A stretch of DNA of 64,000 nucleotides from assembly GCA_951406725.2 (NCBI GenBank), contig OX597840.1:7812001-7876000 (forward strand), read 5' to 3'. The first letter of the stretch is position 1. Every line of letters begins with the position of its first letter. Shown here in pieces: positions 52,290 to 64,000 of this stretch. The notes beneath the pieces are model-generated. The model saw only the letters and a list, made by a program, of their open reading frames with translations. It was not told the DNA's origin and did not search any database. The DNA comes from Octopus vulgaris. Its lineage: Eukaryota. The position numbers and the translations under genes were made by a program.

Positions 52290-52729
52290 AAACTTGTTTC
52301 CCAATCACATGGTTCCAGGTTCAGTCCCACCATGTGGAACCTTGGGCAAGTGTCTTCAGCTAGAGCCTCAGGCTGACCAAAGCCTTATGAGTGGATTTCG
52401 TTGACAGAAACTGAAAGAAGCCCATTTTATATATATATATATCATCGTGACTAACCAGGCTATCAGATGTTGCTACACATCGCTGGTCACAATGCGTTTC
52501 GCATTGTTTTAGCCTTCATATGATGCCACCTCGCTGGCTAAGCGAGCAGGCCAACAGAAGAAAGAGTGAGAGAAAGTTGTGGCGAAAGAGTACAGCAGGG
52601 ATCGCCACCACACCCTGCCGGAGTCTCGTGGAGCTTTAGGTGTTTTCGCTCAATGAACACTCATAACGCCCAGTCTGAGAATCGAAACTGCGAGTCCGCT
52701 ACCCTAACCACTGGGCCATTGCACCTCCA

Positions 52730-52802
<73 letters not shown>

Positions 52803-53005
52803 CTTTGTGTTTGTTCCCAACCATCGCTTGACAAATGATGGTGTGTCTATGTCCCTGTAGCTTAGCAGTTCAGCAAAAGAGACTGTTAGAATAAGTATTA
52901 GGCTGACAAAGAACAAGTCCTGAGGTCGATTTCTTTGACTAAAAACACCTTTAAGGCAGTGCTCCAGCATGGCCACAGTCAAATGACTGAAACAAGTAAA
53001 ATAAA
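52290..53005 (+). mobile_element. SINE family A with SINE C (52442-52729, minus) nested in its (AT)n tract
   Basis: The family A head and tail flank a complete reversed family C copy. Confidence 0.75.
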
Positions 53006-54387
53006 AAAATTAAATAATACACAGAAACACATGTATGGTTGTGTGGTTAAGGCACTTGCTTTGCAACCATGTGGTTTCAGTTTCAATTCCACCATGTGGC
53101 ACCTTGGGCAAGTGTCTTCTACTGTCGCCCAGGCCAACTGTCTTGTGGTGAATTTGGTACACCGAAACTGTATTGGAGACCATTGTGTGTATCATCATCA
53201 TCATCATCGTTTAACATCTGTTTTCCATGCTGTCATGGGTTGGAGGTCTGGAGAGCCAGAAGGCTGCACCAGGCTCCAGTCTGATCTGGCAATGCTTCTA
53301 CAGCTGGTTGCCCTTCCTAACACCAACCACTCTGAGAGTGTAGTGGATACTTTTTACATGCCACTGGCACAGGAGCCAGTCAGGTGGGCCTGGCATCGAT
53401 AATTTTGATGAGGAGGATAATGTTACACACACACACACATTCGCAAAATATATACATACAGGGCTGGTCAAAAGTCATGCACCAAAACAGTTGACATTTA
53501 TATTACATCTTCATTATTATTATTATTATCATTCATTTTGTTCATCATATAATACCAACCACTCCAAGGACATATAATACTCAGGACATTTCCTTAGCAT
53601 CCATGAATCATATATAAATCGAAATCGATCAACATCAATGGAAATTGTGGCTGTGATACCAGTGCCGGTGGCACGTAAGAGAACCATCTGAATGTGGCCG
53701 TTGCCAGCCTGGCCTGGCCTCCGTGCTGGTGGCACGTAAAAAGCACCATCCGATCACGCCCGTCTGGCACGTAAAAAGCACCCACTACACTCACAGAGTG
53801 GTTGGCGTTAGGAAGGGTATCCAGCCGTAGAAACATTGCCAGATCAGACTGGGCCTGGTGCAGCCTTCTGGCTTCCCAGACCCTAGTTGAACCGTCCAAC
53901 CCAAGCTAGCATGGAAAGCGGACGCTAAACGATAATGATGATGATGATTCCCAATTTTTTTTTTTCCAATCACAAGAACAACATGGGGCTTATGAAAGGA
54001 AGTCTTTATATTATTCAGAATGTATGAAACAAGGCCTAACTAAAGTCTGCAAACAGACACAGACATTTAAGACAAGCTTATGAAACTGCTTTTGACAAGC
54101 AAAAGAGCTTAATATGCTACTGTCTTCTTTTAAAGGTTTTGTCACAGTCATTGAAATACCCTGCTGTTTATATCTCTTTATCTCTTCCTTTCTCTTTCCA
54201 TCTCTCTCATATTTTACACACACACACACACACACGTATTTGATTCTACAGGCAACCTGCACTTCTGATAGTATTATTTCCTACACAGCTGTAATTATAC
54301 CAGGCAATGTCTCAGTTTTCTGTGTCATTAACCCCCCTCTTATCTAATATATATATATGTGTGTGTGTGTGGGTGGCTGTGTACATA

Positions 54388-54767
54388 CACTTGTGTCAGA
54401 AATTAATTAGCACTTCTCAAATTTCTACATTAAATAGGTTAAATTAATTAACCTATGAGCTGTTCAAAACGTCTTACGCGATGAGAAAACTTAGTATGGT
54501 GTGATTTCGGTCCTTGCGAGGCGCTACCTATATCTATTAAACAAAGGAAGATTTGTCTGCATCCGCACTCCAAGTTGTTGTTGCACTGCTATGTCAACAT
54601 CATAAGGCTGTAGACTCTCAAACTGCTCTGCAAACAAAGTTACGTCATCGTTCTGCGCAACAGTGAACTCGCAACAAAGCAATAGTTCGAGATATGGCCA
54701 CTAGGTGACAGCACATACCTTGAGTGAAGAGCAAATCAAGGGTGCTAATTAATTTCTGACGGTAGTG
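54388..54767. mobile_element. Tc1/mariner-type MITE
   Basis: TA-cacttgtgtcagaaattaattagcac...gtgctaattaatttctgacggtagtg-TA. Confidence 0.75.
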
Positions 54768-56067
54768 TATATAATTCAAATAAGAAGATAAAGAATGAAT
54801 TTAGTGCATCGTTATTTTAAACTACAATTGTTTCGATACCATTCTCTTCGTAATACCTCTGCACATAAATAATTTCATATGAAAAGTTATGCAATATTTG
54901 CAGTTGGTGGTATTGGAACATCAGTTGCATCAAAATGTGCACTTTTACATATATGATTTATTCACACCCTCACCCCTTTTCTTCAAGATTTTCTAATTGT
55001 AAATTCATTGTTTAAAGTCCAAGCTGGTCCAATTTCATTAATTAAGTGAACTTGTTCCATGGACAGACAAGAATTCTGACATTTGACCTTGGACAATTTT
55101 ATCATCAGGATTCTCGATGCACTCCTAGCATATGAATTTATGTACTTCATGAAATCTGTTTTTTTTTTCCTGCTGACACAGATCACATCTATATATCTCA
55201 AACTTTGGTTTTTATTCGCTGATTCCTTACCTTACATAACCTTTCTCTAATAGAATGCAATCCATACACCTATGTAGAAAAAACAAAGCTGAAAAGCATA
55301 AATTTCACTTTTAATTCATTAATTTGATTGTGCCCAACAGCTGTTTCAATGGCATAAAACATCATAATTTCTATATTTACATGATTAAAATACATGGAAA
55401 TTATTTTTGCATTGTTGGTATGGGTAACACATCAATTTTGAATGAACTATGTTATTTCGATTATGTAATATAATGCTGCTGTATGCTATTGAAACAGCTG
55501 GTGTGTACAATAAAAAAAAATATATAATCTGTATGTAAAATTTATGCTTTTCTACTTTTATTCTAAATATATTCCTCTTAAAGATCATTTTAGCTGTTTC
55601 TGTGTATACATGTTTGTTCCACCTGGATTTGACTGCCTTATAATGTCTTGGATTTTTACCATGGATATATATTTTTGATGTTTATACACCATTTCTGTAT
55701 ATATAAATATCTATTTATATATTTGTATATATTATATAATATATATTACATAATAAATATAATATTATATATATGTATATATTATATAATATATATTACA
55801 TAATAAATATATATAATATTATATATATATATGTATATATATTTATAACTAATGTAGGATAAAATTTTTTTCTAAAAAAAAAAAATTTATCAATGGCCAC
55901 CGGATTCTCTTATACGCTGTGAAAGTTTCTAGATCAAATCACACGTGTCTCGAGATGTGCTGAAAATTTTCTATTTTGGATATATTTGGGGTACTTAGGT
56001 CTGCCCAGGACTTAGTGCTTGCTTTTTCCATGGGTATGAGTAAGTATTTCATTTATGTCTTACATAT

Positions 56068-56128
56068 TTATCGCTGATGAGGGGAAAATTCTTATGAATT
56101 AACCCCGAAATTGGGACCAATGCGGTAA
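56068..56128 (+). ncRNA. Minimal type-I hammerhead motif with G at position 17, probably inactive
   Basis: TTATCG-CTGATGA-GGGG(18 nt)CCCC-GAAA-TTGG(ga)CCAA-TG-CGGTAA, in an AT-rich segment between microsatellites. Confidence 0.6.
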
Positions 56129-56576
56129 TAACAGAATTTTTTAGAAATTCTATCGGCATGTTTCGAGACACATAAATTATAATGGTTATTGACAATTTTG
56201 TCTTTTTTTCGGCATATTTGGCATTAGAATTTTTCTTTTGCCCTTATTTTATAAATTATGTATATATATTTATATATGTATATTTGTATTATATTCAGTA
56301 CTGTTGTTTTTTCTTTCTCAACTCTTATTCACATTTGTCTATGTCTTCTGTTAATGTTGGACACAATTACAAAATGCTGTATGCCTAATCTGATAATATT
56401 CAATATTCTCTCTTTCTCTTTTCTATTTTTCCCTTGTATTTTCTTCACCGTTTCAAAAAAATGACAATAAATCATATACTGTATTTTCAACAACCAAAAC
56501 TTTACCAATTACCATTTCTCTTTAACCTACTGGAATCTTTGCAATGTTCTTGTCTATCTTTGCCATGCATTCTCAG

Positions 56577-56831
56577 TCCATACGGAACTGGAAGACCTTC
56601 TCGATCCGCTGGAAGCCCTCGATCCGCTGGCCCCTAAACGACCTGTAAGCCCAGCGTTCGTTCGGCCAGTCAGTCCAGCCATTGTCCCTCCGGCGAGTCC
56701 AGCCTTCAATCGGCCGGTCAGTCCCGTCACTGGCTCCACCTTCAATGCTCCGGTCAGTCCGTCTGCTACTGCTTTTAATCCGCCAGCCAGCCCATCATCT
56801 TCGTGTTTCAAACCGCCAGCGAGTCCTTCAG
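56577..56831 (+). CDS. PICALM: AP180/PICALM-family internal exon, 255 nt, phase 1-1, with DLL motif and seven P-[VA]-S-P repeats
   Basis: attctcag|TCCAT...TCAG|gtctgt. Reads (V)HTELEDLLDPLEALDPLAPKRPVSPAFVRPVSPAIVPPASPAFNRPVSPVTGSTFNAPVSPSATAFNPPASPSSSCFKPPASPS. The repeats vary at synonymous positions. Confidence 0.8.
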
Positions 56832-57242
56832 GTCTGTGCTGATTACACTCAGGATGCACTTCCTATGTAGTAGTATCTACAGAAAGATCTTATCCTTCGT
56901 TTTCTCCTTCCTCTATGCTGCTTCATTTTTGTCAATAGTTGTAGTTTTGTAGTCTTTTAATTATTGTTTTTCTTTCCTTTTCTTTTTTCCCAAATTTTTC
57001 CGTCGTATCTTCCTTCACTTGTGCATTCATTTATTATGTTTCTTGTGTTTTGTAGACTTTTTTTTAAAAGTCACATGTGTCTGTTTGCCTTTTATTATTT
57101 TCTCTTTCCAATTACTCTGTGTGTGTGTAGCCTGTACACTCTCCACAGCATGGTAATTAAATTGTCTATACCTTTAAGATAAGACCCTGTTGAGATGTCG
57201 TGTGTGTATGTATATATGTGTGTATATATATATATATACAAA

Positions 57243-57472
57243 GGCGGCGAGCTGGCAGAAACGTTAGCACGCTGGGCGAAATGCGTAGCCGTATTTCGTC
57301 TGCCGTTACGTTCTGGGTTCAAATTCCGCCGAGGTCGACTTTGCTTTTCATCCTTTCGGGGTCGATAAATTAAGTACCAGTTACGCACTGGGGTCGATGT
57401 AATCGACTTAACCCGTTTGTCTGTCCTTGTTTGTCCTCTCTATGTTTAGCCCCTTGTGGGTAGTAAAGAAAT
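57243..57472 (+). mobile_element. SINE family B with a Nin/Deu-like central domain; further copies at 113-322, 2538-2767, 7627-7856, 28139-28367 (minus) and 42510-42716 (plus)
   Basis: GGCGGCGAGCTGGCAGAA head, GGTTCAAATTCC B-box, tttcatcctttcggggtcgataaattaagtaccag domain. At least 8 copies in the window. Confidence 0.85.
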
Positions 57473-57797
57473 ATATATATATATATATATCATCATCATC
57501 ATCATCATCGTTTAGCGTCCGTGATGATGATGATGATGATATATATATATATATATTTATACACACACATGTAATACAGGTATGTTTAATATATATATAC
57601 GTACACACACACTGGTATATATATATATATATATATATATATAGGTATGTATGTATATGTGTGTATGTATGTATATATATATATATATGTGTGTGTGTGT
57701 ATGTATATATATATGTGTGTGTATGTATGTATATATGTGTGTGTGTATATATACATTTATATATATATATGTATATATATACATTTATATAGGTATA

Positions 57798-57839
<42 letters not shown>

Positions 57840-58884
57840 AAAATAAGCATTTCTACTTGTGTGTCTGTGTGTGTGTGTGTGTGTGTGTGTTGTACATAAG
57901 CTGAAAACATATCGTAGTTTATGAACTTTGTTGTCATGCTTTATTATTACTGAAAAAGTACATATATTCCATGGGGCACCCGATTATGCAAGAAGACATC
58001 TATAGCACTATCACTTTAAATTTCATAGTTTTAAAGCATTTTCACTAATAAGCAGTCATGTGTGTACATATGCCTTTCTTTTCGTTTTTAAAGTTTACCC
58101 AACCATAGCACTTCACAGCTCGTATGATATCCATTTTATTGAGAACATCATATCCGTTATCTACCTCAGATGTCTGAGTGGAACCCAGTCGACAATGTGT
58201 AAATAGAGCAGATATTGAGGGAAAATAATAATAATTAATTCTTTTTATTGGCCACAAGGGCTGACAAACGTGATTGGAAAACATAAAGGGACAAAACAGG
58301 ACGAAAGGTTACAAAAGGTTTTGTCCGTTTTTCGAAAGAAAAAGGTCCATGTAAACAAGCTTTACAACAACGAAAAAGATTCAACAATCTACAAAACTCC
58401 CTATAGAGGAGACGCTTCGAAAAAAAAAAATGAAAAGGTCTCATGTGGAAAAATCCATAAAAGCCACGGAAGCCTAGTCAAAAGGCGGGTAGAGAGCCCC
58501 TTTCTCCTTTTATAATACATTTTTCAATTACAGGCAAAACCTCAGAATTGGTCCATTTATACTGGCCATTCTTGCACAATTCACCCACCTTTCAGAAAAC
58601 TTGCTATCAGACAGCACTCTCCTCTCTAACCTCATCTTCAGGCAATGAAAAAGTTTGAGGTGGTCCCAGTTGTTTTCAGGGCGATTGGTTTCATGAGCAC
58701 TAGAATAGAAAACTATTTTTTTAAACATCCAGACAAACATCATCAGGGTGGGTCACTTAAAAAAACCCAAAAAAAACAACACTCCTTGGAACTGCTAGAG
58801 TACCTAGAAAAGTCTTTGACAATTGAGGGTGCCGCCTCAGTCCACTGCTTGTGGAGAGTTGGCACCAGTATTACACCACCAGCA

Positions 58885-59032
58885 GTAAGAAGCTTGTTTC
58901 CCAACCACATGGTTCCGGGTTCAGTCCCACTGTGTGGTACCTTGATCAAGTGTCTTCTACTATAGCCTCGGGCCGACCAAAGCCTTGTGAGTGGATTTGG
59001 TAGATGGAAACTGAAAAGAAGCCCATCGTATA

Positions 59033-59077
<45 letters not shown>

Positions 59078-59292
59078 TTGTGTGTGTGTGTGTGTATGTC
59101 TGTATTTGTCCACCTATCCACCCCTACAACATCGGCTTGACAATCAATGCTGGTGTGTTTATGTCCCCGTAACTTAGCGGTTCGGCAAAAGAGGCCGATA
59201 GAATAAGTAAGTACTATGCTTACAAAGAATTAGTCCTGGGAGTCGATTTCTTCGACTAACACCCTTCAAGGCAGTGCTCCAGCATGGCCGCA
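58885..59292 (+). mobile_element. SINE family A
   Basis: Matches the 8387 copy. Confidence 0.8.
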
Positions 59293-59830
59293 ATCTCCAC
59301 AAGTGTTAATACACATACACAATTATGCATGCAGACATACACACGCATATATTTGCACATGGACAAGCACACACGTGCGCACACAACACAACACACACAC
59401 ACACATGCATGTGGACACACATGTACATATGTATTTGTCAGTGTATAAAAAATATTTTTTAATGATCCGCAGCATTATGGATATTTATTCCCATAGATTT
59501 GTTTCCATGTCATATTTTCTCAACTAATTGTATGTGATCCATATTGATTATTTAATCAATCGATTGGTTGATTGATCAGTTGCTGTTGTTGATGCCTTGT
59601 AACCCTCAACAGACTTGCAGTAAGATAGTTCCCGTCTATTAACTCTTTATTTTTGTTTTCTGTGTCTACCAGACAATTGCTTGGAGATAAGGTACTCCCT
59701 TCACTGTTGATCCACAGTGTTGTTGATTTGTTCAGACAACAAAGCAGTCAAATTTCTGTGAGGAATAGATATCACCCATCAATTACAATAATGATTGTTT
59801 ATAATAATTGTATAAGTCGACTCTCTAGGA

Positions 59831-60031
59831 CAGTGGTTTTCAACCAGGGTTCCGCCAGTACAGTCCAGGGGTTCCACAAGAAGTTACAAAACTGCTAAAA
59901 TCGGCAGTAATTTTTGATTCTCCTGTGCAGATATGTGTGCATAAGACTATTAAATTATTACACAGGGGTTCCTCGAGCCAGTGGAATGTTACCTTGGGGT
60001 TCCACTCCAGCAAAAAGTTTGAAAAGCACTG
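59831..60031. mobile_element. hAT-type MITE, copy 1
   Basis: TIRs CAGTGGTTTTCAA / TTGAAAAGCACTG. Confidence 0.75.
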
Positions 60032-60159
60032 ATATATACACATGTATGTCCGCACCTCAACGTCTCACTCTTTGCAAAGTGTGTATACTACACACGTCCT
60101 TTTAATAATATATATTAATGTATATCTATGTGTGCGTGTATATATATATATATACACAC

Positions 60160-60361
60160 CAGTGGTTTTCAACCAGGGTTCCGTCTGTACAGTCCAGGGG
60201 TTCCGCAAGAAGTTACAAAACTGCTAAAATCGGCAGTAATTTTTAAGTCTCCTGTGCAGATATGTGTGCAATAAGACTATTAAATTATTGCACAGGGGTT
60301 CCTTGAGCCAGTGGAATGTTTCCTTGGGGTTCCGCTCCAGCAAAAAGGTTGAAAAGCACTG
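60160..60361. mobile_element. hAT-type MITE, copy 2
   Basis: Same TIRs, near-identical direct copy of 59831-60031. Confidence 0.75.
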
Positions 60362-60740
60362 ATCTAGTAGTAAGAGACCTCTAGCAGCTGAGTGGCCATC
60401 ATTGACAAGACCAAGGAAGGCTGAAAGCACATTATCTGGTGGTCATGTCATGGGAGGTGGCAGTGATTTATCTCCCAGCTAGCAATATAAGGAAGACTTG
60501 ATTTTGCACCAAAAGCCAATGGGAGAGTTTCTCTCGTGGAATCTACTGCAGTATAGTTTGTTCTTGCAGAACATCTATATTTAAGTGGGGATAAATATTA
60601 CCACTAAGAAATTTAGGGAGAGCTGAACTGCAAAAGGTCCTTAGAGAAGAAGCACCCCCTTATGCAAGTGTTTGATCCTGTAACCTGTTACACTCTAAGG
60701 AGCCAGGCTGCATCCTGGTCGTTACTCTTGAGTACCCCAA

Positions 60741-60957
60741 GGCGGCGAGCTGGCAGAAACGTTAGCACGCCGGGCGAAATGTGTAGCCGTATTTCGTCTG
60801 CCATTACGTTCTGAGTTCAACTTCCGTCGAGGTCGACTTTGCCTTTCATCCTTTCGGGGTTGATAAATTAAATACCAGTTACGCACTGGGGTCGATATAA
60901 TCGACTTAATCCATTTGTTTGTCCCCTCTGTGTTTAGCCCCTTGTGGGTAGTAGAGA
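60741..60957 (+). mobile_element. SINE family B with target-site duplication
   Basis: tcttgagtacccca on both sides. An empty site is visible in the paralogous segment near 62770. Confidence 0.85.
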
Positions 60958-61155
60958 TTATTATTCTTGAGTACCCCATTACTGTTACATTCTGCTATTG
61001 TCTGTATTATAACCCTCTTGGATGGCTAAGGTACCTCAGAGTAAGTTATTCCTTTTGAAATTCACTTCCATTCCTCCCTAATCAGATCCAGTTGGAACAC
61101 TTCTCAGCAGTTTCTGCCCTTGATCTTTGGTTCTCATTCTTCCATATAATAATGA

Positions 61156-62247
61156 CTAGCAGTATAGCCCAGCATTGCTCGGGCTTGTTTTCTTTATGAC
61201 CATTTAGAATTGGAATTTTTGAAAAGTAAAAATTTTGCTTTATGTAGCTTGTTATTCTCTTTAAGTGAACATTTTTCTGGTTGAAATACACCGAAAAATG
61301 GCAACACAGCAGTAAAAAAATTGTAAAAAATAGGGATTTTCATAGAAAAAAGCACCTTTTTGATGTAAATAATTTATGGTCTTAACATGGTCCGATTTGA
61401 ATTTTTTCTTGTACAGAAGGAAGAGCAAGCCTTCTTCTATCATACTCTCAATTTTGGTCAACTTGCGCCGCAGGGTCTCGGAGGAGATAGTGTTAGTTGA
61501 AGGCTACCAAACCAGCCACCACCCGGCATTGCTCGGGTTTGTTTCGACCCTTTAGAATTGTAAATTTTGAAAAGTAAAAAGTTTGCTTTATGTAGCTTGT
61601 TATTCTCTTTAAGTGAACATTTTTCTGGTTGAAATACACCGAAAAATGGCGACACAGCAGTAAAAAAATTGTAAAAAATAGGGATTTTCATAGAAAAAAG
61701 CACCTTTTTGATGTAAATAATTTATGGTCTTAACATGGTCCGATTTGAATTTTTTCTTGTACAGAAGGAAGAGCAAGCCTTCTTCTATCATACTCTCAAT
61801 TTTGGTCAACTTGCGCCGCAGGGTCTCGGAGGAGATAGTGTTAGTTGAAGGCTACCAAACCAGCCACCACCCGGCATTGCTCGGGTTTGTTTCGACCCTT
61901 TAGAATTGTAAATTTTGAAAAGTAAAAAGTTTGCTTTATGTAGCTTGTTATTCTCTTTAAGTGAACATTTTTCTGGTTGAAATACACCGAAAAATGGCGA
62001 CACAGCAGTAAAAAAATTCCCAAATATAGGGATTTTCATAGAAAGAAAGCACCTTTTTGATGTAAATAATTTTTAGTGTCAACATGGTCTGATTTGAATT
62101 TTATCTTCTACGGAATGAAGAGCAAGCCTTTTTCTATCATACTCTTAATTTTGGTCAACTTGCACCACATGGTCTCGGAGGAGATAGTGTTAGTTGAAGG
62201 CTACCAAACCTGTCATACACAGGCAACTTCAGCTTTATATATAGAGA
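61156..62247 (-). mobile_element. Non-autonomous Helitron with three 348-bp tandem units
   Basis: Reverse complement is A|TCTCTATATATAAAG...cccgagcaatgctggg..CTAG|T. Period 348 bp (61441 vs 61789). The 3' end matches the 17724 element. Confidence 0.8.
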
Positions 62248-63390
62248 TTATAATTAATATTTAATTTTGTAAAGAAGAGATATAACTGAATGTATATAAC
62301 AATGATAATAATGATCTCATAGTCATACTGAAATAAGGATTTTATATAATATCTGGTTTTGTAAGGAAGAAATAATACTGATTGCATGCAATAATTATAT
62401 GATTTTGTAAGGAAGATATATTATTGAGTATATATAACTAGCTGGCCCCATGCCATAAAAAATGATGGCTAAGTGTAGTATTTTGTATATAAATACGGAT
62501 GGTAAATCAAATTAATACCCTTGTCAGTGTTCACATACATTCACATACTTCCCTTGCACACATATACTCAGAGTATCTCACATATACTCAGAGTGTCTCT
62601 CGTGGTATCTACTGCAGAACATCCATATTTAAGAGGGGATAAATATTACCACTAAGAAATTTAGGGAGAGCTGTACTGCAGAAGGTCCTTAGAGAAGAAG
62701 CACCCCCTCATGCAAGTGTTTGATCCCGTAACCTGTTACACTCTAAGGAGCCAGGCTGCATCCAGGTCATGGATACCCCATTACTGTTACATTCTGTGCT
62801 ATTGTCTCACAGAGTTGAAACGCTGTTTGATTTTTCTTTTCAGCGACGAATGTTCATCATCCTACCAATTTGCCTTCACCTCTTCCTTATTCATCTTCCT
62901 GCCCTTACTTTCTCATTCGTGTGCTGTAACAGAGAAAAACACAAGAGTATTATTACAGTAGATGATCATAAATAATACTAATAATTTTCATCATCATTTA
63001 ATGTCAAATTTCCATGTTGGCATGGGTTGGATGATTTGACAGGATCTGACAAACCTCATGTCTGCATCAACTCCAGTGTCAGCTTCTGCATGGTTTATAC
63101 AACTGGATGCCCTTCCTAGTGCCAACCACTTGACAGTGGGTACTGGGTGCTTTTGTTGTACCACAACCACTATTGTATAAAATAAAATATTATCTTCAAT
63201 TTTGTAAGGGAAGGAATATTACTGATTATTTGTAACAATGAACTTATCTAATCTGATTGTTTTTTGCTGTTTTCATTTAACACCTCACTCCCATCCTAGC
63301 GATCAACCCTCATCCAGCAATCTATGATTAATTAAATATATTCCTGCCAAGATCAGTATTTTTTTTTTTACCCGATTTTCAGACATATGT

Positions 63391-63860
63391 GGGCGTAGGA
63401 GTGGCTGTGTGGTAAGTAGCTTGCTTACCGACCACATGGTTCAGGGTTCAGTCCCACTACGTGGCACCTTGGGCAAGTGTCTTCTACTATAGCCTCGGAC
63501 CGACCAAAGCCTTGTGAGTGGATTTGGCAGACGGAAACTGAAAGAAGCCCGTCGTATATATGTATATATATATATATGTATGTGTGTTTGTGTGTCTGTG
63601 TTTGTCCTCCCAACATCGCTTGACGACTGATGGTGGTGTGTATATATGTGCTGGGCTTTGTGTTTGAGCTACCATCTCATAAAATGCTTGGCAACAAGTG
63701 TTGGTTTGTTTACATCCCTGTAACTCAGTGGTTGGGCATAAGAGACTGATATAGTAATTATACCATACATAAAAGAAAATAATAGGGTTGATTTGTTTGA
63801 TTAAACCCTTGAACAAGTTGCCCTAGCAAGGCTGCAGTCCAGTGACTGAAGCAAGTAGAA
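63391..63860 (+). mobile_element. SINE family A, composite 3' half
   Basis: Head GGCGTAGGAGTGGCTGTGTGG. Confidence 0.8.
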
Positions 63861-64000
63861 TATAAATGGTAAAATACTTTATATATAATAAAATTATAAG
63901 ACTGGATAATTGCAGTTCAATCCATGCTACATATGTTTCAGTAGCAAAGCATTGTATTTATTACACATGATCCTAACCAACTGATATATAAATTTATATA

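Noticed and set aside
56554-56859. Minus-strand ORF with GLAG/GLTG repeats
   Set aside because: Antisense shadow of the + strand PxSP exon.
57131-59691. AG/GT segments 57131-57152 and 59673-59691
   Set aside because: Lengths of 22 and 19 nt. Joined in the frame set by exon 56831 they create a TGA, so they are unsupported without RNA data.

Overview
AT-rich, repeat-saturated animal genomic DNA. The tRNA-headed SINE families and huge (AT)n/(CA)n/(CAT)n tracts suggest an octopus or other coleoid cephalopod (inference). The window appears to lie inside one + strand gene, an AP180/PICALM (SNAP91/lap/unc-11) clathrin assembly protein. Four phase-compatible exons of its disordered tail are visible (31582-31897, 39621-39689, 47222-47326, 56577-56831), plus several candidate small exons. 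The ANTH domain is not in the window. The introns hold tRNA-derived SINEs, CR1/RTE/R4 LINE fragments, a decayed Penelope-like element, Helitrons and hAT, piggyBac and Tc1/mariner MITEs. The most unusual signal is a set of minimal type-I hammerhead ribozyme motifs. One multi-copy fold-back element carries a hammerhead whose conserved C3-G8 pair is swapped to G3-C8 (GUGAWCA instead of CUGANGA). Nearly all supplied ORFs are microsatellite or SINE artefacts. All calls were made by eye, and repeat boundaries are approximate.
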